A DNA stretch of 64,000 nucleotides, from the IMG/VR virus record IMGVR_UViG_3300033148_004259, positions 1 to 64,000 of that record. One strand, 5' to 3'. Shown here piece by piece: positions 8,141 to 15,829 of the stretch (the stretch's first letter is position 1; every line of letters starts with the position of its first letter). This stretch comes from a virus. The notes beneath the pieces are model-generated. The model was not told the origin of the DNA. It made no database searches and saw nothing but the letters and a program-made list of their open reading frames with translations. A program made the position numbers and the translations under genes.

Positions 8141-8326
8141 ATGCGTAACTGTGAGATTCATACTTCTGGGAAGGTCTTGACGATCACTGTAGACCTCTCT
8201 AAGCCCGGTACGGAGTCTGCTTCCGGGAAGAGTGTTGTGATCGGAAGTACTCAGGGCAATCAGGCAGTTGCTGGGCCTGGTGGAAAGCAGTTTCAAGTCG
8301 GTGTCAACGTCTACACCCGGAAGTAA
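8141..8326 (+). CDS. Hypothetical protein (61 aa), first rightward gene
   Basis: TGGAG RBS before the ATG at 8141 and a terminator directly after. Trimmed from track ORF 7997..8326. Confidence 0.6.
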   Translation: MRNCEIHTSGKVLTITVDLSKPGTESASGKSVVIGSTQGNQAVAGPGGKQFQVGVNVYTRK

Positions 8327-8332
8327 CCGTCT

Positions 8333-8358
8333 GGCCCCCTAACGGGGGCCTTTCCTTT
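8333..8358 (+). terminator. Rho-independent terminator
   Basis: GGCCCCC-UAAC-GGGGGCC hairpin followed by UUUCCUUU. Confidence 0.6.
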
Positions 8359-8677
8359 ACCCCGTTCACGGTAGCGTCCTATCGGGAGCTGGGTAAAGGG
8401 AAACCGGCCGGGCCAGTGCAACCCATAGGGACTGCAACGCCGGTACTTAGCTCAGGCAAGCCGGTAAAGCTAACCTGGTTAACCGGCGGTTTCCCAGTTA
8501 CTTAACCCCGACAGCCCACAAGCCTGACAGAACGACTGGTCGAACCTGCCGCAGAACAGGAGGGCAAGTGGGCCAAGGACAACAAGTTAGCCTGCCTGAC
8601 TCCACACCTGACTTTAAGGGCCGAAGGCTATCGGTGGTCAGTACAGGGGAGTCAGGCTCCCTACCTGGAGAGGAAGA

Positions 8678-9145
8678 ATGAGACACCAAACTGTACCAGA
8701 CCGGGAAGCACTTAAGGTGCTACCGGTAGAAATACCGAAAGATGTCGTTGCCGTTTTGTCGGCAACGGTGTTGCCGTTGGACGGAGTATACATGGTGGAT
8801 ACTGTGTATACTCCAGAGCAAGCCGGGGTTTATTACTTCCCGGCGAACTTGTTAAAAGGGATGCCCCACTATATCGGGCATCCTGACACCGCCCGGTTCG
8901 TGGAGAACCTGGGCGCAAGGCCCAGCGAGTGTAAACTATTCGCTGGGCTACAGCCGGGTGAAAAGGCAGTGGTAGTAAGCCTTGCACCCGGAGTATCCCT
9001 CCGAGCCAAGGAGGGGTTTTCGGCTCCTCATGTGAGATTGACAGAGCCGAAAAAATCTCTGACTGTCCGTATTGTGGAGCGGATAGCCAGTCAGAGAATT
9101 GGCCCGCCGAACTATGACGAGCTGGCGGGTCGCTACATTGAGTAA
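8678..9145 (+). CDS. Hypothetical protein (155 aa), possibly DUF1874/B116-like
   Basis: GGAGAGGAAG RBS. The central segment HYIGHPDTARFVENLG...GEKAVVV resembles the DUF1874 pattern; this is a memory-based, weak assignment. Confidence 0.6.
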   Translation: MRHQTVPDREALKVLPVEIPKDVVAVLSATVLPLDGVYMVDTVYTPEQAGVYYFPANLLKGMPHYIGHPDTARFVENLGARPSECKLFAGLQPGEKAVVVSLAPGVSLRAKEGFSAPHVRLTEPKKSLTVRIVERIASQRIGPPNYDELAGRYIE

Positions 9146-9202
9146 GAGAGGGGATGTAGACTACGAGCGACCGCCGCCCACTGCGAGTCCCCGACCGGTT
9201 AC

Positions 9203-9276
9203 TGCGGGAAGGATTGGTTATCCCAGCGGGCCTCATAAGCCTGTCTACGTTGGTTCGATTCCAACTCCCGCTACCA
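9203..9276 (+). tRNA. tRNA with CAU anticodon, second initiator-like species (74 nt, CCA encoded)
   Basis: UGCGGGA/UCCCGCU acceptor (U1:U72 unpaired, A73), anticodon arm CGGGC-CUCAUAA-GCCUG, T arm GUUGG-UUCGAUU-CCAAC, short D arm GGAU-UGGUU-AUCC. Confidence 0.65.
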
Positions 9277-9547
9277 ACATAGCCCTTGTGCTTCCGTGCC
9301 AAAGATGCCCTTTCGTGAGGGGCAGGCACGGACAGCGCAAAGGCGGGACTAATCCACCCTGACGGATTTGGTAGCTCACCCCGCGAGAGAGGACGGGGAG
9401 CGGCGTTGTCCCCGTCCTCATAACCTTGACCCGGAGAGTCTATGCACAGACGGCACGTGATGTGGGAAGCACTATGTTACTTGGCCGCTGCGGTGGCCTT
9501 CACAATCGCCTTACTTGGGCCTATGGCCCGCTGACTGGAGCAAAACT

Positions 9548-9751
9548 ATGACAAAGGGGAGATACCTACAACAATGGTTTAGCATGGAAGATTTGCAGGG
9601 AATCGCGAAAAACGCCCGAATTGAGATCACCCCTGCGCAGATTGACCTTGCAATCCGAACCTACGAAGACGGCATCATTGAAAACGTTACCGATGCTTAT
9701 AGAGACTGCATCATAACAGCCATGCGAGACCATCTCGCAAACCCGGAGTGA
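9548..9751 (+). CDS. Hypothetical protein (67 aa)
   Basis: TGGAG RBS before the ATG at 9548. Trimmed from track ORF 9515..9751. Confidence 0.6.
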   Translation: MTKGRYLQQWFSMEDLQGIAKNARIEITPAQIDLAIRTYEDGIIENVTDAYRDCIITAMRDHLANPE

Positions 9752-9755
9752 AACA

Positions 9756-9941
9756 ATGGCACACCGTTTATCGCCTTACGAGTGGTGGCTCAGCAAAGTC
9801 TTTCTGGTACTGGAACGCCACCACTTCACCACAGCGACCGAATTGCAAACATGGCCCGCCGAAGAGTACTTCGAGCTGGGTCTCAGCCCTGCCGAAGGGG
9901 CGCGGGCGGCACTGGCTCACAGCGGCATAAAGGCCGCATGA
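9756..9941 (+). CDS. Hypothetical protein (61 aa)
   Basis: GGAGUG RBS. Preferred over the overlapping frame 9748..9930, whose product is low-complexity. Confidence 0.55.
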   Translation: MAHRLSPYEWWLSKVFLVLERHHFTTATELQTWPAEEYFELGLSPAEGARAALAHSGIKAA

Positions 9942-9957
9942 CCTGGAGCTAACTATC

Positions 9958-10137
9958 ATGGCGGTAACCAACAAGCTGGAACGGAAAGTGACCCGGTATG
10001 AAGAGGGCATTCGGCACCTGAAATCGTACCTGGACAGCGACAAGTTTACCGGGGAAGATACCACAGTTCAGGTCAAAGACGTTCTAACTCGCATAGCCGA
10101 AATGGAGTCGGACATACACGATCTCGACTTCACCTGA
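9958..10137 (+). CDS. Hypothetical protein (59 aa)
   Basis: Below the track cutoff. TGGAG RBS 9 nt before the ATG at 9958. Helical, charged product. Confidence 0.55.
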   Translation: MAVTNKLERKVTRYEEGIRHLKSYLDSDKFTGEDTTVQVKDVLTRIAEMESDIHDLDFT

Positions 10138-10413
10138 GCATTCGGGCCTTGACCGGCCTCATTCTAAACTTGCTGAACGACGTCAGAAAGTTGAAGCGTT
10201 CGCAAGCTGAAAGGCAATGACTCTCAGCCGACATTTGGGTACAGGCCTTTCGGGGTTCTGTCGGAAATCCTGGAATCTTGGCTGGTCTTGGCCCCCGGAA
10301 AAGGAACGACGAGTGGTTATCTGCTGCTCGATGCGGCAAGATTTTCCCTGCAATCGGCAAAATCTGCCGGGTACGCTGCGACTTAAGTACTTGGCACGCA
10401 AGGATTTAACATT

Positions 10414-10429
10414 TGGCATCGGAATTGCA
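10414..10429 (+). promoter_or_regulatory. Sigma54-type -24/-12 element candidate
   Basis: TGGCAT-N5-TTGCA matches the TGGCAC-N5-TTGCW spacing. Located about 65 nt upstream of a mini-ORF and the 10595 gene. Confidence 0.3.
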
Positions 10430-10594
10430 ACAATTCGCAATCGGTCGCAATTCAGCGGCCCATAACACAAGGAGCGGGCAATGGTAGTAGGAACAATCGA
10501 CAACGGGCAAGGTGAAGCCCGTCAAAGCTTCTTTGGCATGACCAAGGTGAGGCTGTGAGCATACCAGCCCCTTAACCTTCATCCGGGGTACGCA

Positions 10595-10978
10595 ATGAGA
10601 TGGAAAATCGGATATAAAGTGGTTCAGGCCACTGCTGATGGACTACGTTCCTGGGGGATCGGCGTCTCGATACCAAGTTTTGTAGCCTTAGAGTACGGAG
10701 TAGGGAAGGTGACAATCCCGAAAAAGGGACACGGACCCATAGCAGTGTTTGACTCCGAAGAGAACGCCATAGAGTTTGCAACTCGCCACACTTTGAGGGC
10801 TTCCGACGTGGCCGCATATTCCAACACAAGGATCTTCAAGTGTAGATACATACCGTCTAAGCGAAAATACTTGTACTGGCGAGATGACTGGAGTCTTCAC
10901 ACGGCGGGCAAGGGCGACCTTCTACCCCCTGGAACTGTTATCGCTACCCGTGTAGAACTGTTAAGTGAATCACACTGA
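10595..10978 (+). CDS. Hypothetical protein (127 aa), tandem paralog 1
   Basis: Shares MxWKIGYK, GKVT(I/V)P, YxPSKRKYLYW and ATRVELL with the next ORF. Confidence 0.75.
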   Translation: MRWKIGYKVVQATADGLRSWGIGVSIPSFVALEYGVGKVTIPKKGHGPIAVFDSEENAIEFATRHTLRASDVAAYSNTRIFKCRYIPSKRKYLYWRDDWSLHTAGKGDLLPPGTVIATRVELLSESH

Positions 10979-10990
10979 CCGGAGGATACC

Positions 10991-11368
10991 ATGAAATGGA
11001 AAATAGGGTACAAGATAGTCCGAAACGTATGTGGCAGGCTGTACTCATGGGGAGCCGGTGGTTTAGTGCGGTCTGAAGCGACCGTAACATACGAAGTAGG
11101 TAAGGTAACAGTACCGAATAAGAGCTGCGGGCCTCTTGCAGTGTTCTCAACGATGTGGGACGCCGTAAACTTCGACAGGGCCTTCGATGTAGAAGTCTAC
11201 AGGTGCAAGTACGTGCCGTCCAAGCGTAAGTACCTGTACTGGAGGAAGAAGAACTTCACTTTCACGGCGGGCAAACACGACCCCCTACCTCACGGCACTG
11301 TTACCGCCACCCGTGTGGAGTTGCTGGAAGTAGTCAAAAGATGGCCACAACTGGAGGGCAAATCGTGA
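10991..11368 (+). CDS. Hypothetical protein (125 aa), tandem paralog 2
   Basis: GGAGGA RBS. Paralog of 10595..10978. Confidence 0.75.
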   Translation: MKWKIGYKIVRNVCGRLYSWGAGGLVRSEATVTYEVGKVTVPNKSCGPLAVFSTMWDAVNFDRAFDVEVYRCKYVPSKRKYLYWRKKNFTFTAGKHDPLPHGTVTATRVELLEVVKRWPQLEGKS

Positions 11369-11604
11369 ACAAAACACAAGCAGTGCTGATCGTACTGAAG
11401 TCGGCCCTTAAATACTACGACGCTCATCCTACCGACAGCGGTCGGGACGGGCAAACCGCCGACACCCTGATGCTTAAGATAGAACGTGCCGTGGATATAC
11501 TTGAGGCCAAGCCTTCGGAGCCTGAAAAAGAGCATCGCCTATACACCGAAGGGCTGACCTTCGTGGATAAACTTCCCGGCCTGAAGGGTATCGGAAAGGG
11601 GTAA
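11365..11604 (+). CDS. Hypothetical protein (79 aa), GTG start
   Basis: GGAGGG RBS. GUGA start/stop overlap with the upstream gene. Trimmed from track ORF 11341..11604. Confidence 0.55.
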   Translation: MNKTQAVLIVLKSALKYYDAHPTDSGRDGQTADTLMLKIERAVDILEAKPSEPEKEHRLYTEGLTFVDKLPGLKGIGKG

Positions 11605-11608
11605 GACA

Positions 11609-11812
11609 ATGAATAGCACCCTACTCAAACTGCTGTTGCTCTACTTCGACGCCGATCTGATCGAGGCTATTCGTCATATCCAAGCTGTGATAGGACGATA
11701 CAAGGGGAGCACAGAACCGAACGACATAGCAGTTCACGCCAGGCTTTTCAAGGCTAAAGAGCACCTAATCAGCCTTCGTAAGAAAGTTAAGCAACTAACA
11801 AAGGAGCCTTAA
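11609..11812 (+). CDS. Hypothetical protein (67 aa)
   Basis: GGAAAGGGG RBS. Tight spacing in the operon. Confidence 0.65.
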   Translation: MNSTLLKLLLLYFDADLIEAIRHIQAVIGRYKGSTEPNDIAVHARLFKAKEHLISLRKKVKQLTKEP

Positions 11813-11813
11813 C

Positions 11814-12092
11814 ATGGACTTACTCTTTTCCAACATAGAAACGTACCCTCATAAAGGTACAGTAGCCGTGAAAGACGGACTTGAATGCTACGCTGCTACG
11901 GGATGGACACCAGAGGACGTGGTAGAGCGAATCACGCCGGACGACGTAGACCGCACCTACGAACTGCTCACCGAAGAGCAGGCAGTAGCATTTCTTGAAC
12001 GAAACGCCACCCATATCGTAGATGCTATGATTCAGGCCGGATACGAAGCCATAGACCAACTTTGGGCAGAACAGGAAGGAGCGGAGCCATGA
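11814..12092 (+). CDS. Hypothetical protein (92 aa)
   Basis: AAGGAG RBS. Acidic product. Confidence 0.7.
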   Translation: MDLLFSNIETYPHKGTVAVKDGLECYAATGWTPEDVVERITPDDVDRTYELLTEEQAVAFLERNATHIVDAMIQAGYEAIDQLWAEQEGAEP

Positions 12093-12418
12093 GAAAGATC
12101 ATGTCGTTCAAAGAGCTTGAGCCTATTATATGCAACGCTACGAACCGCAGGAAAGTTGCGTGTGCTACGATACGTGCCGGGTTCAAGCTCGAAGATGCCC
12201 TCAACATCAGGGAAATAGTGAAGGTAGCTCATGAATACAGACCCCGGGCACCGGGAAGAGCCCTTCACGAGCTTGTGGCTCAACTATATGAAAAGCGAAG
12301 ACCGACAAGTTGCATAGTGGCGGCTGAACTGCTGAAATACTACAAACCCACCGGGTGCATTGCATGGGACGTTATGATGTGTCCCATCTGTTCAAAACTT
12401 GCAGAGCAGGCTGTGTGA
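12089..12418 (+). CDS. Hypothetical protein (109 aa)
   Basis: AUGA overlap with the upstream stop. GGAAGGAG RBS. Trimmed from track ORF 12062..12418. Confidence 0.65.
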   Translation: MRKIMSFKELEPIICNATNRRKVACATIRAGFKLEDALNIREIVKVAHEYRPRAPGRALHELVAQLYEKRRPTSCIVAAELLKYYKPTGCIAWDVMMCPICSKLAEQAV

Positions 12419-12544
12419 GCGGTGCAGCCTTGCGAGAGACTCGTGGGTCGCTCATTTGCTCCCCGCTCCAGCCCACGAGAACTCCGGGCAGCCGGGGTCT
12501 GCAAAGGCCCCTGCCGCCTGTACTTTAACCGGGAGAACGACACC

Positions 12545-12724
12545 ATGAAATGTCCATATTGTGGAGGCCACCTCGTTATACGCTATTGGAACGGAGAACC
12601 CGTCGAACTGAAGGACGGCCTGGTCCCGGTAGAGAAGACCTACATCGTTTGTGAAGTCTGTTACCGAGACTGGGCGGAAGACAGAGGGCCAAGTCAGCCC
12701 TTAACTTTGGAAGGAGCGACATGA
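12545..12724 (+). CDS. Zinc-ribbon mini-protein (59 aa)
   Basis: CPYC...CEVC motif. GGGAGAA RBS. Trimmed from track ORF 12422..12724; the upstream 125 nt form hairpins. Confidence 0.6.
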   Translation: MKCPYCGGHLVIRYWNGEPVELKDGLVPVEKTYIVCEVCYRDWAEDRGPSQPLTLEGAT

Positions 12725-13038
12725 TGCTTAGATTCAGTCTCGAATACTGGGAAGAAATAGGCTGCTGTGTCGATGCCAAACCATTCGTGGAACGGTGGCT
12801 AAAGGATCATCCCAGGCGTCGGACTGCAACCCTTGAGGAAGCGAGAGACTTCCTGGAAGGCTGCATAGACAAATCCAAATTCAGCAACTACATGGATTGG
12901 ATTGTTTACTGCGCAATAGACGCCCCCAGAAAGTACACTGAACGGGAGTGGAAAGAGCTCCTTGAGTGGGTCAAGAAGTACGGGGACGAAGACACCTGGC
13001 AGTTATACCGGATCATTTCGAGGGGGAGGAAGAACTGA
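12721..13038 (+). CDS. Hypothetical protein (105 aa)
   Basis: GGAAGGAG RBS. AUGA overlap with the upstream stop. Confidence 0.7.
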   Translation: MMLRFSLEYWEEIGCCVDAKPFVERWLKDHPRRRTATLEEARDFLEGCIDKSKFSNYMDWIVYCAIDAPRKYTEREWKELLEWVKKYGDEDTWQLYRIISRGRKN

Positions 13039-13060
13039 ACTGTCGCATTGGAGGTCCACT

Positions 13061-13237
13061 ATGCCAAGATTTCAGAGAGAAGCAGAAATCAAGACCGCTT
13101 GCCAAGTATGCAAGAGAAAAATCCCCCAGGATGAGTGGAAGTATCAAATACCGGGTAAGCACAGGCCCCTACGGGCCTGCCACCAATGTTATTTTAACTA
13201 CACCATAAACGCTGCTTTGATTGCACCACGGAGATAG
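13061..13237 (+). CDS. Cys-rich mini-protein (58 aa)
   Basis: TGGAGG RBS. CQVC...CHQC motif. Trimmed from track ORF 12962..13237. Confidence 0.55.
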   Translation: MPRFQREAEIKTACQVCKRKIPQDEWKYQIPGKHRPLRACHQCYFNYTINAALIAPRR

Positions 13238-13238
13238 C

Positions 13239-14015
13239 ATGACAAGGTTAATGAAAGATACGCCCTACGACGCCCGTAAGAGGCTCTGGGCAAACACATG
13301 GTGGTTCACTCAAGGTAAGACTGAACGCATCCGCCTGCACGACACTGATATAGCTGTGCTGCGACGGGGCCGGTTGAGTCTGTATACCGGAGGCTGGGCG
13401 ACCCCCCTGACCAGAGACCGGCTCAATAAAATCCTTGACAAGTACGGTGTACCGTGGCAAATTTACCAGCACAAGCGCAGGTGGTGGGTCTCTCGCCTTG
13501 GACAGTACCCATGGATGTCCGGCAACCGGCAAAGCGAGATTCTCTTCCACGAAGGCATAACGTTCCTCGTCAAGGCCGGTAAGCTGGCCGCACCTGAACG
13601 ATGTCGAAAGGTGACCGACAGGGAGTTAAGGCGCAAGAAAATCCTGGACGAGCGCATCGAGGGCTACTGCGACGGCCTAAAGGCCTGGCTTAAGAAGCAT
13701 CCCGACGAATCGAGATTTCCGAACCACGGTGACTGCTGGGCCTGCTACTTTCAGGCATGTGAGCATTATCGAGAAGAAAATCCAGAGGCCCGCCAAGCCA
13801 TAGCCAGGCGAAAGGCAAAAGAATATTTCTTTGGAGACGGCCACCTGAGACGGCATCTCGACGAAGAGTACTACCATGGCAGTCTGATATACAATGCCAT
13901 GGCCTGGGCCGGACGAGATGATCCACTACTCTTCCTGGCGTATGCAGACTCTATGGCTTCTATAATTCGAGACGTCCGCCGTTACCTGCGGACGCAGCTC
14001 GGGGAGGTAGCATGA
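13239..14015 (+). CDS. Hypothetical protein (258 aa)
   Basis: ACGGAGA RBS before the ATG at 13239. Long clean ORF with no recognised domain. Confidence 0.75.
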   Translation: MTRLMKDTPYDARKRLWANTWWFTQGKTERIRLHDTDIAVLRRGRLSLYTGGWATPLTRDRLNKILDKYGVPWQIYQHKRRWWVSRLGQYPWMSGNRQSEILFHEGITFLVKAGKLAAPERCRKVTDRELRRKKILDERIEGYCDGLKAWLKKHPDESRFPNHGDCWACYFQACEHYREENPEARQAIARRKAKEYFFGDGHLRRHLDEEYYHGSLIYNAMAWAGRDDPLLFLAYADSMASIIRDVRRYLRTQLGEVA

Positions 14016-14341
14016 TGAAGTGTCCTAATTGTGGTAAAGATACTCTTGACGTTGACATCACGGACGAGAGCAAGCCTTGGAAAATCTACTGCAAGGACTG
14101 CGGTGAGACATGGGTGCGGGAAAAGAACATTCCCCGTGGGCGCTGTGTGGTGGTGGTTTCCGGAGGCATGGTCCAAGAAGTTTACAGAGACGCGGTTTTC
14201 GGGGGCCAGGTAACAGTCGTCGACTACGACACCGATGGAGTCAATGAGGGCGAATGCGAACTTGATTCCGACGGGAATCCGTTCGTTCCGGGTGATTATT
14301 TCGCCGCCGAAATGCCGCTCATCGAAGGCTCGAATTGGTGA
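14012..14341 (+). CDS. Zinc-ribbon protein (109 aa)
   Basis: CPNC...CKDC N-terminal ribbon. GGGGAGG RBS. AUGA overlap with the upstream stop. Confidence 0.7.
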   Translation: MMKCPNCGKDTLDVDITDESKPWKIYCKDCGETWVREKNIPRGRCVVVVSGGMVQEVYRDAVFGGQVTVVDYDTDGVNEGECELDSDGNPFVPGDYFAAEMPLIEGSNW

Positions 14342-14344
14342 AAG

Positions 14345-14383
14345 TCTGACATGTCAGAGTGTCAGAGTGTCAGAGTGTCAGAC
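14345..14383. repeat. Left array: palindrome TCTGACATGTCAGA followed by 4 tandem TGTCAGA(G/C) octamers
   Basis: Direct reading: tctgaca tgtcagag tgtcagag tgtcagag tgtcagac. Confidence 0.9.
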
Positions 14384-14556
14384 GGGTACATGCCTTTATG
14401 GAACAGGGGATTGCTATTACACGTATTAACTGCATTTACTTATTATTTTACTTCAACTAAAGCCTTTAACCCCTTTCCCCCCAAGGACTTGGGCGGGTCG
14501 AAATTTGGGGTCTGGATAACCGTTGCATAAGTGGGGTTCAGAGGTGTATATACGCG

Positions 14557-14588
14557 TCTGACAGTCTGACAACCTGACAGTCTGACAA
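14557..14588. repeat. Right array: 4 tandem (T/C)CTGACA(G/A) octamers, inverted relative to the left array
   Basis: Direct reading: tctgacag tctgacaa cctgacag tctgacaa. Confidence 0.9.
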
Positions 14589-14673
14589 ATTTCGGGCGCA
14601 AAGGGGCACGAACTTTCGCTGTCGAAGTGGCCCGCCGGTTTGCCCCTAACACTTTAGCTAAAAGGAGGGTCTC

Positions 14674-14997
14674 ATGTTCCGAGTAATAAGGCGTAACCCT
14701 GACACCTGGCGGGAGGTGGATGATCGCCAGGAGTATGAGATTATCGAGATCGGCAATGAGAGTGTATATTTGCGGGATGCCCTGGTCGAGATGGAGGCCC
14801 GCAACCGATTGCTCGGTGAGGGAGAGCCTCGCTGGGATATTGAGCATGATAACTGGATAAGCCTCGATCCTGGCGATAACTGGACGACCCTCGACCCTGA
14901 CGATTATCTGCGTGAGATAAATTGCTACGAGGTATACGAGTATCTTGTCGCTAAACTCGGCGTACCGGAAGCCAAGGCCGAAAAGTTAGTATCCTGA
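14674..14997 (+). CDS. Hypothetical acidic protein (107 aa)
   Basis: AAAGGAGGG RBS. First gene after the repeat-flanked gap. Confidence 0.75.
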   Translation: MFRVIRRNPDTWREVDDRQEYEIIEIGNESVYLRDALVEMEARNRLLGEGEPRWDIEHDNWISLDPGDNWTTLDPDDYLREINCYEVYEYLVAKLGVPEAKAEKLVS

Positions 14998-15009
14998 CAT
15001 TGCAGAACC

Positions 15010-15030
15010 GCCACCGTTACCCAGGAGGAA
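15010..15030 (+). repeat. Gene-junction motif, copy 1 of 5 (degenerate)
   Basis: gccaccgttacccaggaggaa, ending 4 nt before the ATG at 15035. Confidence 0.7.
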
Positions 15031-15034
15031 AGCG

Positions 15035-15220
15035 ATGAAAACCTATCATCAATACAACGGCAGAAGGACACCGGCGGCAGGACCGGTTACTATAGATATG
15101 TTTGAGTACATAATATTAGGGCCTGAGACCCGCAGGCAGGAAGCGGAATCGATGGAGCAGATAGCGACAAGTGTAGGTGAGGATATACCAGACCCCGCCA
15201 CGACAAACCAGGAGGAATAA
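15035..15220 (+). CDS. Hypothetical protein (61 aa), ends ATTNQEE
   Basis: AGGAGG RBS lies inside the junction motif. Its C-terminus is encoded by the next motif copy. Confidence 0.65.
   Translation: MKTYHQYNGRRTPAAGPVTIDMFEYIILGPETRRQEAESMEQIATSVGEDIPDPATTNQEE
15197..15217 (+). repeat. Gene-junction motif, copy 2 of 5
   Basis: gccacgacaaaccaggaggaa. Confidence 0.85.
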
Positions 15221-15222
15221 CA

Positions 15223-15573
15223 ATGGATTTTTACAAGGCAAAACCCGGCGTAAGATTTGTCGAGATTTTACACAGAAATGTAGACGAAGGGTATTTACTG
15301 GGAGAACCTGAGATAATGCCGCTTGTAGATTGCAACACTGAACTCCTGAGATTTAAAAGACTTGTTAGGGTATACGGGAGATGCACCGGGAAGGTGTATC
15401 GAGACCCTGACGGGAAGCACGTAGGATATGTATTTATCAAGCGGCAAAAATATGAAGATTGCAACGAGACTTATCTCCACGAGACATGGGTTACGTATAA
15501 CAAGGTAATCAAGCCCGCACAAATAGCCGAAGTGAAAGGTATATCACCCGCTACAATTTTCCAGGAGGAATAA
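15223..15573 (+). CDS. Hypothetical protein (116 aa), ends ATIFQEE
   Basis: Junction-motif RBS. Clean ORF. Confidence 0.7.
   Translation: MDFYKAKPGVRFVEILHRNVDEGYLLGEPEIMPLVDCNTELLRFKRLVRVYGRCTGKVYRDPDGKHVGYVFIKRQKYEDCNETYLHETWVTYNKVIKPAQIAEVKGISPATIFQEE
15549..15569 (+). repeat. Gene-junction motif, copy 3 of 5 (degenerate)
   Basis: gctacaattttccaggaggaa. Confidence 0.7.
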
Positions 15574-15574
15574 A

Positions 15575-15829
15575 ATGCCAAGATTAGAAATCAGAATTGA
15601 TCTGAATAACGCAGCGTTACAGACTGGCTGCGGACAGCAGATAAAGGATATACTTGGCTGCATAACGGGTAAATTAGAGCATATCGATTGCCCGGATGAT
15701 ATGCAAGACTATTATCAGCTTTTGCGGGACGTAAACGGCAACATTGTCGGAGATGCTATAGTCGCAGTACATACCCCCGTTGTGGTGCGGCAAGCAATCG
15801 CCACGACAAACCAAGAGGAAACACGATGA
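15575..15829 (+). CDS. Hypothetical protein (84 aa), ends ATTNQEETR
   Basis: Junction-motif RBS. Confidence 0.7.
   Translation: MPRLEIRIDLNNAALQTGCGQQIKDILGCITGKLEHIDCPDDMQDYYQLLRDVNGNIVGDAIVAVHTPVVVRQAIATTNQEETR
15800..15820 (+). repeat. Gene-junction motif, copy 4 of 5
   Basis: gccacgacaaaccaagaggaa. Confidence 0.85.

Noticed and set aside
7571-8180. ORFs 7571..8008 (-), 7702..8121 (-) and 7680..8180 (+) in the divergent region
   Set aside because: They overlap one another in a repeat-rich, promoter-bearing region. The products are Arg/Ala/Gly-rich and have no RBS. The region is better explained as regulatory DNA.
9146-9420. tmRNA or an additional tRNA around the CAU tRNA at 9203
   Set aside because: There is no Ala-type G3:U70 acceptor, no tag ORF and no second T-arm consensus. 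The flanks form only generic hairpins.
14345-14588. CRISPR array
   Set aside because: The repeats are only 8 bp and directly tandem, with no spacers, and the two arrays are inverted. This is not CRISPR-like.
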